64,000 bases of DNA, taken from a virus. Below, in pieces: positions 1 to 10,258 of this stretch. The stretch is taken from IMG/VR virus record IMGVR_UViG_3300045257_000207, positions 1 to 64,000 of that record. One strand, given 5' to 3'. The first letter of the stretch is position 1, and the number at the start of each line of letters is the position of its first letter. The notes beneath the pieces were generated by a model. The model made no database searches, had not been told where the DNA came from, and saw only the letters and a program-made list of their open reading frames with translations. The position numbers and the translations under genes are program-made.

Positions 1-3000
1 ATTAACAAGCGTCGTCAATATGGTAATTTTTCCGATGTAAAGTCGGCCAACAATTCGGATTATGTTGGATCGATTAAGTTTTTTGATGATGTTGTCATCT
101 CAGAAAATGACATCGTCCGCATCGAAGTGGGCGAATATGCCAAAGCTGACATAGGTAAGGCTTCGATAGCCGTCCATACACCGGATGGTATCCGTACTGT
201 CAATTTGGTTGACTACCGTAAAATCGAACAAATCAAGACGGCACGTCATCAATATCCGCTGTTCTCCGAGTTCGATATCCATGCTAACCCACTGGATTCT
301 GCTTCAGAACTGTTCCGCTTTACTCCTGACCAATCGGCAGATATTGATGCGAATTTAAGTATGCGCGTCAAGATCAACACGGCCACGAACGATTACGGAT
401 TTGAGCAAACGTTGCTCGGAGACAAGAACGAATTGTTAGCATATCAAGATAATGCGCAGCCCTTTGAACCGATCCAAACAATCTGGAAACGCGGTACAAA
501 CTCAGAAATCTATCAGCCGATAAAGGTGGATGGAGACTGGGAACTACCTAATCCATTGTTTTACAATGTACACCATGAGAACCGTGCTGAAGTTTCCTAC
601 TCGGAACTATTCAGACATTTCAAGAGTATCATAGCCGCACAGACAACTCCTACTGGGTTCTCTGTAGATTTGCGCAGCTTCCAATTCGATGATAACCCAA
701 ACTTCGGTTTGGGTGGTACTATCAAAGAACACAATGGGGGATTCGATAAACTCATCTCCGCGACCTTCCTTGACATTTTGACACCGCTTGATGTCATTCA
801 GTTCGCTCATAATCAATACGAGAATCAACTCCTGTGGATTAAGGACGAATTCCTAAAGTCTTTCGTCTCTCAACTGCTTAATGGGACGGCTGCAACCGCT
901 AACGACGTTTTACAAAACATCATCTCGGATGTCATCACAAACTTCGAAGAAAATACCAAATTTGACGAATGGTTCGGCGATAGTTCCACATTCCATGATG
1001 GCGTTGGTGTAAAGAATTTTGTATCCACGTTGCCGTTCTTGGGTCTTGGCGCGAAACACGTTCCATTTGTGGTGTTCGATGAGCTACTTCATATTCACGA
1101 AATACACCACCATGACGGACACTTCCGCAGTGTACAAATCGAACTGGCACAGCTTGACAGCATCTATCGCCAACTTCTGTTGATCGGCACGAACGTCGCG
1201 AGTACCAGTTTCGCTACGACATTGCTCCCGATGCCAACCACACATTTAGGTCGAGAATTGCGTGAAGGCGACATTCTAATCCGTAAGAATTTGGACGTAC
1301 AGACAACACTCCTATACCGTGTCAATGCCAGTTTGGCATGGGAACGTTTGTACCCGACAGCAATGATGGCAAACGTGTATTTGACATTTGAACGTCGTCT
1401 CTACGCTGCTCTTCCAGATTCCACACTGCCAGCCAACTTCGTTTCGAAATTTGATACTGCATTGACATTGGCCGATGCAAACTATTCTTCCTTGATCGAA
1501 ACTCAATTCACCAACTTTGTGCTTGGTTCCGGGGTAACTTCTCCGCTTACCAACAAGATGAATTATTCAACGTCCAACCCCTTCACATGGAACTACAGCC
1601 ACACAAACATTCGTTTACATCCTAAGACGATGACTTCCGCTATCAATACATGTGGTAGCTGGCAGGCATTGTATGAGTCAGTCTATGGAACGGCCTATCC
1701 ACATCTGGAACCGTGGGTACTTCAGGGCTATACAGAGCAACCGAATTGGTGGGATGGAACCTACCGCGATACCAATGTCATTACGCCTCGTAGATGGACA
1801 TCTACGATGTGGGACAACATTTTCTCCGGAAAGGTGCCACTAACCGGATTTACTCCAGCCGGAATCCGTGGAACAGACCATATTGGGCAGGTTCCGGTAT
1901 TGTTCCACTTCGTGCCAGTCAATATTGATATAGTACCAACTGCGGATAGAATCGGTACAGATTGTCTCATTCCGCCATATTGGAACAGTGGAAATACAAC
2001 AAATAACCGTATCAAACCACTGTTTGACGCCAACCTCCAAGATGCAATCGTTTCTCCTGAGTTGGACTTCGAATTTGGTCAAATTGGCCAGCAAGAATGG
2101 ATATGGAACCATTCTTCCCAACGCTTGTACGATGGCTTGATCGTTTCATTCTTGACGCAGCCGCTGCGTTTTTTGGATGCGACGTTTGATGGGACGCGTT
2201 CCACCATCACATGCCTCAATGTCAACGACGCGACCCAGAAGGTATATTCCCACAAGGATATTATCTTCCACGGTGATTTCATCGATGACTCCTCGAACGT
2301 GGTATACACCTCTACTGGATTGAATCAGTGGTATGTCTGTATGGCACGTTATTTCGGTCTTGACGCATCAGGATCAGAGTTCCGTGCGAAGTGGCGCAAT
2401 TGGGAAGCTCCGCTTTCCTATAGCTTTGGTGCCTTTGTCAATACGGAAAGTTTCACTGTCGCTACTCCAATCGTGGATATCACAACGAAAGACTACAATA
2501 TCAATTTCAAGAAAACCAAGAACCTTCTATCGCACAAAATCAGTGCGCTACAAGGAACTGTTTTAGCGGTACCTTCGAAATATTCCAAACTTCGCGACTC
2601 GGGAATGGGATGGACGGTGGCGTTTGACCGCATGGCCCCTATCAAGGGAGATATCAACTATTACGAAGTCCAGAATTACAGTTTCCGTGCTGAAGCAAAC
2701 TCTGATGTGTTCGAAGTATATGCCTACGACGTAACAGGCGCGTCACTAGACTTCCCACGATCCAAAAGAGTGATCAATTATTCACAGTCGTTGGCTTTGT
2801 CCGACACATCATCCTTGATCAGTGGACAGACATACACTGCCGTTGTGACCTTTGATGGTTCGGTTGTCAAGAATTTGTCCATTGTCGCCACATCTGACAT
2901 GACGTTCAACGCCATACTCGACTTAATCAATCAACAATTCGGTGCGGCTGGCACCGCAGAAATCGAGAATGGCGATCTAGCCATCAAGAGTTCGACCAAT

Positions 3001-6000
3001 GGGGGATCGACTAACGTAGCTATCGTGGATACCAATCTATTTGTTGGTATGAACCCAGCCGGTTTTGAAGGTATCGGTGTATTACAAACCGAAAGTTACA
3101 AGTTCAACAAGGTATTCACTGTTGAAGGCAACCAAACATCCAACTTCCGCATCAAGTCTCGTTTCACCGTAGCCGGGTCTACCCAGTTTAATGGAACCTA
3201 CACTACCCTCAAGTCCGTATTCGATGTACAGAATTCGGAAACGTTGATCTATGTCGCTGAATCTGTCACGGTAACAAGCCAGACCGTGGATGGTATTATT
3301 CGCCCGCTCGACAAAAAAACACTTCCACCAGAGTGGCATACTGGGACTCAAATATTCCTCAATAGCTTGTCTTTCTTGCCATCACCATTGGATGAGTTCA
3401 CGCCTTATTTCCTGATTCGCTTGTCGGATACCACATTTTCTTTAGCTGTCTCTCCGGCCTACGCCGAAACCGCAACAACGATATCTGTAACCACTTCCGG
3501 TAACAATTTATCGTTCATAGGAAAGATCGATTCTACGTTCAAAGCATTGGCAGGAGCGTCGTCCAATTATATCTGGAGACAGCATGCTGTCGATAGACGT
3601 TATGTGTCCACTCTTCCTTCAGGTTACACGATTTCCGGTATTCAACAAATGGTGGATTTCGTGTTGGCGTATGGAGCATATCTCGAAGATAATGGATTCG
3701 CTTTCAAAAACACAGACGGTTCAAACCGTGACCCAGAAACCGGCAACATCAATAGCTGGCATTTGGAACTCGAAAAGCTGATCACATGGTTGTATAACAT
3801 TCGTAATACCCGTCAAGAAGACGAGTTGCTCAACAACATCACATACAATTTTTCTACCAATTCCTTCACTGGTGTCGGAATCTCCAATCTTGGAACAGGT
3901 ACTGCCGTTGTTCTTGGTTGTGAAGATGGCGGAAGCTTGCCAGTACGCTTTAGCGGAATCGAAGCATCGATCATCCCGTATTACTTGATCCGGAACTTAA
4001 ACGGTGTCAGCTTCCAGTTGGCCGCTTCTAAATTAGATGCCAATCGTGGGATTGCAATCCCATTCGACGACAATGGAACCGGACAACAGTTCTTCAAGTC
4101 ATATCGTTCGCTTCAGGCGTCTCCGCAATACGAATTGAACCCATTCCGTAGTAACATTTGTTTGTCACATGAACAGGGACTCTTGTCGGACATTTTTGCC
4201 TACAATCGTCTTGGAGGTGAATATCAGGCGATTTTCGATAACAACGGAGATTTGCTGGACGTATCCAAGCTGGTGATAGTCCGTAGCGACGCTGAGACCA
4301 ATTTATCGCTCACGGATGACCAAGAAGCCGTGAACGTATCATCTTACTCCTATAATCGCCTAGACGGCCTGACAAAGCGAACTACAGCCAAGTCACAACA
4401 GCGTTACATGGCTGGTATGCAGCTTTACGTGGATGGTTACGAACACATTTTGGTGTTCAACAACTATTCCACAGGGGGCGGCTTGATCTATGACGCTTTC
4501 TTGGGCCTACGCACATCACGCTTCTTCGCAGAGTTTGATAGACAGCACGGTTCAACCTTGCGGCCATCGGTCGGAGGTTTTGTAATCCGCGATAACAAGC
4601 TTGTCGTCAACATCGAGAACAGCGTGGATCGTTTGCGTTATGCCTATGGAACCGGCAATGGCGACGATTTCAATTCGATGACAAGTTCCGCACGTCAATC
4701 AATCGGATACGATGGCCCATTCGATTATATGACCGCTATCGGCATAAACACCAAGACACAGTTCAGTTTCTGGAAAGCAATGATCCAGAATAAGGGCACC
4801 AACTTTGCTGTCAAAGCCTTCACCAATCAGACCCAATTTAATGACGCACAAGTTGACGAATTCTGGACATATAAAGTAGCAGAATTCGGAAGCACGGGCG
4901 AATATGCATACCCGGAAGTAAAGTTGTTCGTCGGTGATTCAGTCCGTTCGGAGCTTCGTTTAGAATTTACTACACCGGATGGTGGCGTTTTGGATGGTTC
5001 TTTCGAAGCAGTTGGCCTTAACGATGTGTCGCGTTGGTGGGATCAGCCAGATCAGATAGTCGCGTTGGCTCCAAAGCGCGCCTTCTATTTTGATGTAAAC
5101 GTGCTGCTCATCATGCAGAACATCGAAACCGTAGTTGTTAATGGTAAAACACTTCTCGAACTTCCTATCCTGTCCGATGGCGCAATCGTAACCTACGTTG
5201 ACGCGTCCCAAAACAAGACGAAACTCTTGGTCGAATATGTCGATTTCAAGTTCATCAATAGTCAGGTCATAGAGTTTTTTGATACGACATTGGCTGACAT
5301 TGACATGACCTCGGTCATTGTTTCTTTGCTCGGTGTCAACGATAAAGCACATAGCCCATGTCGTCTTATCGACAAGACTAACGGAAGCAGCGTTGCGCAA
5401 ATCCCTATCTGGCATCCTGCCGCTGGGATTCACAATCCGTTGGGCGAGTACGTGATCAATTTTACGTCCTCAACCGACCCTGCGCTGTACACACATGAAG
5501 TTAGCGGTGATACATCATCAACCGCGTTCTGGGGTACTGATAAAGTAGGAACGGTATGGTTTGACAATTCATTGGCACAGTACGTGCCATATTACGACAA
5601 ACGCGTTTTCCCTACTGTCGATTTACGTTTGTTCAACTGGGGTAAATTGGCTGAATGGGCTGATGCTAAATTGTATCAGTGGACAGAATCAACCACCAAT
5701 CCGATGGATTGGGACACCAAGGTTCTACAAAACCAACTCGATTTCAGTGTCAACTCGAACTCTACTCTGTCCGGTACACCTTACAAACTTACCTATATCA
5801 ACACGGCAAGTAGCTCTGCCGTACCACCGATTTGGGTTCCTATACATGACGTTCATGTCGATGTATTTGCATGTTTGGTTACATCGTCCACGTCACTGTC
5901 TGTAGGTGGTGATTTGGATATGTATGTCAACGGTGCTTTCCGTGCCGTTGTCAATTTTGACACTACTTCGCTCAACTATTACATTCTAAACCAAGCCAAC

Positions 6001-9000
6001 GACATAACAGACGCTGACTATCTACATTTCGTCAAAAAGGCACATGTACCGACTCCAGACGAAATTGTAAACAAACTCTACAAGGTAGACGTACCATACA
6101 CAAGTATCCAACGGTTCGATCCGGTCAGTGAAAGCTCTTTCACTGTGTATTTCTTCTGGGTGACCAATTCGACCAATTTGATCAATATCAACGGGAAAAA
6201 ATACACCACCATCACAGATTCTGAGCGTCGTCTCAAGAACTTTACCGAACCGTATATGATTCTTCAGGGCATCCGTCCGGGGGGTAGCGGGTATGGTGTG
6301 GTCTATGGCGTATCGTTTGATGAAAATGATTACTCGTTGCCATATCGTTACACGCAATTGATAGTCAAGGGATTGTCAGGGGCTATCAATGACAATGAAC
6401 GCTACGCTTTACGTTTGTCACGCGACTTCACCTTACGTGACTCTTTGCCAACAGGCGCGGGACTGGAAGATTACCTACCAGTCAAAAACCGTCACGAAGA
6501 GTGGAAGCTATTCCGTGAAAAGCAGCTAAACAAAATAGACCAAGGATTGTGGGAGAAAGTAATTCAATCGATGGTCGGATATGTTGTGACTGGCGGACAA
6601 GCTGACAAGACTGTGGTACTTCCGTCATTGAATAGAGTTGTATTCGACAATATTTACGGTGCTGATTCCAGTTACGGTATAGGTGTTGATCAAGTAATGG
6701 TTCCACAAGACATGGCGACTTCTACGGTCTTGACCATATTGAACGACCCAACCATTTCGTACACTAATGTCAACATACGCGACTTCTTGAATACGAGCGA
6801 TTTTGCCTCAGTTGATGGAATTGTTGCAGCCATGTATCAGATTTACGAAAGCTTCAAGGCTGAAGAAATCAACCGCATTTTCTTCGCTGTTCTTTTGGAT
6901 TCATTCTCTGTCAAACAAAATTATCGCGATGTTTTCAAAACCTCGTGGGTAGCTTTGCAGGTTTCTCAGAACGTTGCTATTCCGACAAATGGAACATTAG
7001 CAAACTTGCGTTTGGTTGCAGGCCCGCCTTGCATCAGTTTTGATAACACAGGCGAGCCGGTTGTGCCAACGCCAACACCGCTTCCTTCACAGTCGCCTAC
7101 TCCTTCGCCTACAATTACCCCAACGATTACAGTGACACCGACGCCTTCAAGTTCTCTCGCAACTCCAACACCAACGCCGACAATTACAGTAACACCGTCA
7201 CCGACAATTACTGTGACTCCGACCGTTTCTGTGACACCGACGGTAACCGTAACGCCAACGATAACTGTAAGTCCAACCATGACCTTGGGAGCAAGCCCTA
7301 CTCCAACTCCTACGGTGACTCCAACAATTACAGTGACACCGATGATTACGGTAACGCCAACTGTAACGCCAACGATTACGCTAACACCTTCACCAACCGT
7401 AACACCGACACCAACTGTAACGCCGACACCAAGTTCTGGCGGCGGTGGGGGTGGTGGCAGTTTCACTACGTTCGATCCTGCCACGGTCACTAACGATTCC
7501 TCAGTAATTACGTTATCGAACGGTAATCTCGTCGCAACTCATACGGCTGGTAGCTGGGCAACCTGCTTCGGAAATACTTCACATGATGCAGCTACGACTG
7601 ATGCATATTTTACAATTACAACAAGTGCTGATCAAAATTTTGCAATAGGTATTTCTGCAACTGATGTAACGCGTGCCGGTGGAACGAGCATCGCATCTGC
7701 ATCGGATGCTTATGCCGTGTATGATCTAACCGGAGACATATACAATAATGGAACTATAATTGCAAATGTTGGCACCATACCAGCGTCCGCAGTTGTTGGT
7801 GTGTTACTTAAGAACGGCAAATTATATTTCCGCAGCAACGGTACATGGTTGAATGGGGCTGACGTAATAGCCGAAACTGGATATGTGGTTAGTGGATTAA
7901 CTGGGCAATATTTCCCAGCAGTTAGTATTTTTGGTAGTTCTCAAGTTGCAACTGCAAGTTTCAATTCTGTAAGTTCATTACCAACCGGAGCAGTTTCATG
8001 GGGTAATGATGATGAAACTAATCTTATCGCGGATATCGTTGCAGATTCACCATGGGCTTATTGGCGTCTAAATGAAACTAGCGGAACCGGCTATGCGGAC
8101 TCTTCTGGCAATAGCCGCCCTACAAATGCCGGTGGTGACGCATCGTATGACAATCAAACAGCACTAATTAATGGGTTGAGTGGCTGTTACGGTAATCCAA
8201 GTGGTCAACTTGCCAGTGTATACAATAATGCTTTAGCCGATTTTGTTGACGGTGATCCTATTTCCATGGTCGGTTTGATAAAAATCAATTCGTTCACAGC
8301 AGCGAGCGGGTGTTTACATATAGGGAACTTCGCTGCCGGTGGTCAACAAGGCGTAGCATTGTTTGTACAAACTGATGGTTCTATTCGAGGCCAATACAAT
8401 TATAGCGGGTATCATACAATCACATCAGCACCCGGTATTGTAGCTTTAAACACTTCAATAATGATCGGATTATCTTATGATCCGAGCTTGAAAATGTTCA
8501 AACTATACGCTAACGGCGTAGAAGTGGCTAGCCAGATAGAATCAGCGCATTATGCGATTACAGGCAATACATATGTACTTGCTGGACAGATAACCGGTGC
8601 TGGAAATTTGATGTACGGAGAAATTCAACACGCAGTATTCTACAAATCGACTCTAGCCGCATCCAGATTTGCGGCATATGCAACCGACTGTGGGCTGAGT
8701 TATACCCCTGCCAGTGATCCAAATTTCTCCTCTCTTGTAACAGGTCTCCATTTTAATGGCACCAATGGTTCTACAACATTAACAGATGTGTGTGGAACAG
8801 GGAGTGGTTGGGTATTCTTTAGTTCGTCTGCAATTGGTACAGCAAATTATGTATTTGGTGGAGCGAGTGGACATTTCACTGGCGGCTGGGCTTATACGAC
8901 AAATCTTTCTGCCTTTAATTTTGGAACGTCTGATTATTGTTTCCGAGGCTGGGTATATAGCACAGCTTCTGGAGATAGATGTCTTGCTGACACCAGATAC

Positions 9001-9354
9001 GGCGGACAAGGAATTGGTATTTACGCTAGCACAACGGCAGGCGGTCAAGTACTAGCAGTAACAGATAATGGTTCCGTTTTGTCATACGGTACAACAACCA
9101 TTCCATTAAATACATGGGTTTATATAGAAGTAGGAAATACTGGCGGAACCCTCAGAGGATTCGTCAACGGTAATCTAGAATTTAGCGTTTCCGATACAAG
9201 AACTTTGGCCTCAACTACTCCTCTACTATTGATGGCGAACTATCTAGGATCACAAAACCTCACTGGTGACCTCGATGATGTCCAACTGTACATTGGCTAT
9301 GGTGGTCATACATCAAGTTATGCCGTTCCTGTAATACCGTTCCCAAATTCGTAA
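1..9354 (+). CDS. Giant virion structural protein (baseplate/fibre-like), 5'-truncated; C-terminal Pro/Thr mucin-like linker, SPRY domain and two LamG/ConA-like domains
   Basis: Frame is open from base 1 (INKRRQYGNF...), so the true start lies upstream; >3100 aa. Lies directly before the tail genes. SPRY-like LSNGNLVAT...KLYFRSNGTW...YFPAVS; LamG-like PWAYWRLNETSGT and LHFNGTNGSTT...GDLDDVQLY. Confidence 0.75.
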   Translation: MNKRRQYGNFSDVKSANNSDYVGSIKFFDDVVISENDIVRIEVGEYAKADIGKASIAVHTPDGIRTVNLVDYRKIEQIKTARHQYPLFSEFDIHANPLDSASELFRFTPDQSADIDANLSMRVKINTATNDYGFEQTLLGDKNELLAYQDNAQPFEPIQTIWKRGTNSEIYQPIKVDGDWELPNPLFYNVHHENRAEVSYSELFRHFKSIIAAQTTPTGFSVDLRSFQFDDNPNFGLGGTIKEHNGGFDKLISATFLDILTPLDVIQFAHNQYENQLLWIKDEFLKSFVSQLLNGTAATANDVLQNIISDVITNFEENTKFDEWFGDSSTFHDGVGVKNFVSTLPFLGLGAKHVPFVVFDELLHIHEIHHHDGHFRSVQIELAQLDSIYRQLLLIGTNVASTSFATTLLPMPTTHLGRELREGDILIRKNLDVQTTLLYRVNASLAWERLYPTAMMANVYLTFERRLYAALPDSTLPANFVSKFDTALTLADANYSSLIETQFTNFVLGSGVTSPLTNKMNYSTSNPFTWNYSHTNIRLHPKTMTSAINTCGSWQALYESVYGTAYPHLEPWVLQGYTEQPNWWDGTYRDTNVITPRRWTSTMWDNIFSGKVPLTGFTPAGIRGTDHIGQVPVLFHFVPVNIDIVPTADRIGTDCLIPPYWNSGNTTNNRIKPLFDANLQDAIVSPELDFEFGQIGQQEWIWNHSSQRLYDGLIVSFLTQPLRFLDATFDGTRSTITCLNVNDATQKVYSHKDIIFHGDFIDDSSNVVYTSTGLNQWYVCMARYFGLDASGSEFRAKWRNWEAPLSYSFGAFVNTESFTVATPIVDITTKDYNINFKKTKNLLSHKISALQGTVLAVPSKYSKLRDSGMGWTVAFDRMAPIKGDINYYEVQNYSFRAEANSDVFEVYAYDVTGASLDFPRSKRVINYSQSLALSDTSSLISGQTYTAVVTFDGSVVKNLSIVATSDMTFNAILDLINQQFGAAGTAEIENGDLAIKSSTNGGSTNVAIVDTNLFVGMNPAGFEGIGVLQTESYKFNKVFTVEGNQTSNFRIKSRFTVAGSTQFNGTYTTLKSVFDVQNSETLIYVAESVTVTSQTVDGIIRPLDKKTLPPEWHTGTQIFLNSLSFLPSPLDEFTPYFLIRLSDTTFSLAVSPAYAETATTISVTTSGNNLSFIGKIDSTFKALAGASSNYIWRQHAVDRRYVSTLPSGYTISGIQQMVDFVLAYGAYLEDNGFAFKNTDGSNRDPETGNINSWHLELEKLITWLYNIRNTRQEDELLNNITYNFSTNSFTGVGISNLGTGTAVVLGCEDGGSLPVRFSGIEASIIPYYLIRNLNGVSFQLAASKLDANRGIAIPFDDNGTGQQFFKSYRSLQASPQYELNPFRSNICLSHEQGLLSDIFAYNRLGGEYQAIFDNNGDLLDVSKLVIVRSDAETNLSLTDDQEAVNVSSYSYNRLDGLTKRTTAKSQQRYMAGMQLYVDGYEHILVFNNYSTGGGLIYDAFLGLRTSRFFAEFDRQHGSTLRPSVGGFVIRDNKLVVNIENSVDRLRYAYGTGNGDDFNSMTSSARQSIGYDGPFDYMTAIGINTKTQFSFWKAMIQNKGTNFAVKAFTNQTQFNDAQVDEFWTYKVAEFGSTGEYAYPEVKLFVGDSVRSELRLEFTTPDGGVLDGSFEAVGLNDVSRWWDQPDQIVALAPKRAFYFDVNVLLIMQNIETVVVNGKTLLELPILSDGAIVTYVDASQNKTKLLVEYVDFKFINSQVIEFFDTTLADIDMTSVIVSLLGVNDKAHSPCRLIDKTNGSSVAQIPIWHPAAGIHNPLGEYVINFTSSTDPALYTHEVSGDTSSTAFWGTDKVGTVWFDNSLAQYVPYYDKRVFPTVDLRLFNWGKLAEWADAKLYQWTESTTNPMDWDTKVLQNQLDFSVNSNSTLSGTPYKLTYINTASSSAVPPIWVPIHDVHVDVFACLVTSSTSLSVGGDLDMYVNGAFRAVVNFDTTSLNYYILNQANDITDADYLHFVKKAHVPTPDEIVNKLYKVDVPYTSIQRFDPVSESSFTVYFFWVTNSTNLININGKKYTTITDSERRLKNFTEPYMILQGIRPGGSGYGVVYGVSFDENDYSLPYRYTQLIVKGLSGAINDNERYALRLSRDFTLRDSLPTGAGLEDYLPVKNRHEEWKLFREKQLNKIDQGLWEKVIQSMVGYVVTGGQADKTVVLPSLNRVVFDNIYGADSSYGIGVDQVMVPQDMATSTVLTILNDPTISYTNVNIRDFLNTSDFASVDGIVAAMYQIYESFKAEEINRIFFAVLLDSFSVKQNYRDVFKTSWVALQVSQNVAIPTNGTLANLRLVAGPPCISFDNTGEPVVPTPTPLPSQSPTPSPTITPTITVTPTPSSSLATPTPTPTITVTPSPTITVTPTVSVTPTVTVTPTITVSPTMTLGASPTPTPTVTPTITVTPMITVTPTVTPTITLTPSPTVTPTPTVTPTPSSGGGGGGGSFTTFDPATVTNDSSVITLSNGNLVATHTAGSWATCFGNTSHDAATTDAYFTITTSADQNFAIGISATDVTRAGGTSIASASDAYAVYDLTGDIYNNGTIIANVGTIPASAVVGVLLKNGKLYFRSNGTWLNGADVIAETGYVVSGLTGQYFPAVSIFGSSQVATASFNSVSSLPTGAVSWGNDDETNLIADIVADSPWAYWRLNETSGTGYADSSGNSRPTNAGGDASYDNQTALINGLSGCYGNPSGQLASVYNNALADFVDGDPISMVGLIKINSFTAASGCLHIGNFAAGGQQGVALFVQTDGSIRGQYNYSGYHTITSAPGIVALNTSIMIGLSYDPSLKMFKLYANGVEVASQIESAHYAITGNTYVLAGQITGAGNLMYGEIQHAVFYKSTLAASRFAAYATDCGLSYTPASDPNFSSLVTGLHFNGTNGSTTLTDVCGTGSGWVFFSSSAIGTANYVFGGASGHFTGGWAYTTNLSAFNFGTSDYCFRGWVYSTASGDRCLADTRYGGQGIGIYASTTAGGQVLAVTDNGSVLSYGTTTIPLNTWVYIEVGNTGGTLRGFVNGNLEFSVSDTRTLASTTPLLLMANYLGSQNLTGDLDDVQLYIGYGGHTSSYAVPVIPFPNS
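7057..7458 (+). repeat. Pro/Thr-rich tandem repeat (PTPT/PTITVT/PTVTVT) followed by poly-Gly, inside the giant protein
   Basis: Translation PVVPTPTPLPSQSPTPSPTITPTITVTPTP...PTVTPTPSSGGGGGGG, about 130 aa. Confidence 0.95.
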
Positions 9355-9403
9355 TACATCAAGACAACGTAACACGTTCTAAATATAAGAAATAGAGACC
9401 AAA

Positions 9404-10192
9404 ATGAACGAAAGTCCAAATCCATATAATGAATTGACGTACTTCTACGATAATCAGTTAGAAGATTACATTATACAATTCATGGCCATCTTCGCCGGTC
9501 TTCAGGTCAAGATAGGAAAAAACGATTTCAATTCTGCAAGCAATCTTGTCTATGTGCCTATTCATCATGGCAGCATGGACAGAGTTGTAGCATCGATCAT
9601 GTCCGAAAATACTACAAACAAACCAATCCGTGTACCCGCGATGGCTGTCACGTTGGCTAGTATTGAAATGGCTCCAGAAAAGCGAAAAGGTATCGGTACA
9701 CATACAAGATATCCAACAATGCCACGTGGCGGGTCATTTCCGGATGACCTCAAAATAGTGGAACTCGGAATGGCTATCCCATATACGGCTGTTTTTGAGT
9801 TGGCTATTATCGTCAGTAATACCCAGCAGCATCTTCAGATAATGGAACAAATACTGATGTTGTTCGACCCAACCTTACAAATCCAACTTTCTGACGATCC
9901 CCATGACTGGCGCAAGATTTCACTCGTTGAATTAACTAAAATCAACCTAGATGAGCATATTCCTGCTGGAACGGATGCCAGATTGATTACATCGTCGCTG
10001 ATTTTCCAGACGACATGCTACTTGTCTCCACCCGCCGTCATCAAGACCAATTTCATTAAATCCATTCGGTTACGTCTGGATGCCATCAAAAACAGTGACA
10101 ATTTGTATGATGTCGTCAACGATGTTAATAGGGCATTACCACCATACGAAGAACTGATTAATGTGGACAAGCTGAACTTCCCTAAATCGTAA
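9404..10192 (+). CDS. Tail sheath stabiliser / tail completion protein (T4 gp15-like)
   Basis: N-terminal YFYDNQLEDYIIQFMAIF, VPIHHG, PYTAVFEL and QIMEQILMLFDP motifs; immediately upstream of the sheath gene. Confidence 0.7.
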   Translation: MNESPNPYNELTYFYDNQLEDYIIQFMAIFAGLQVKIGKNDFNSASNLVYVPIHHGSMDRVVASIMSENTTNKPIRVPAMAVTLASIEMAPEKRKGIGTHTRYPTMPRGGSFPDDLKIVELGMAIPYTAVFELAIIVSNTQQHLQIMEQILMLFDPTLQIQLSDDPHDWRKISLVELTKINLDEHIPAGTDARLITSSLIFQTTCYLSPPAVIKTNFIKSIRLRLDAIKNSDNLYDVVNDVNRALPPYEELINVDKLNFPKS

Positions 10193-10217
10193 ATTCGGCT
10201 TCGATAATGACACAGAA

Positions 10218-10225
10218 TATAAATA
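10218..10225 (+). promoter_or_regulatory. T4-type late promoter TATAAATA
   Basis: Exact TATAAATA upstream of the AAGGAG RBS of the sheath gene. Confidence 0.8.
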
Positions 10226-10258
10226 CTTTCAACCAAATGTTTTCTAAGGAGATGCACG

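Noticed and set aside
6966-7490. Antisense ORF of VGVT repeats, and similar antisense ORFs across 51735-55367
   Set aside because: These are shadows of T/P/G-rich sense genes that lack antisense stops; no RBS or promoter.
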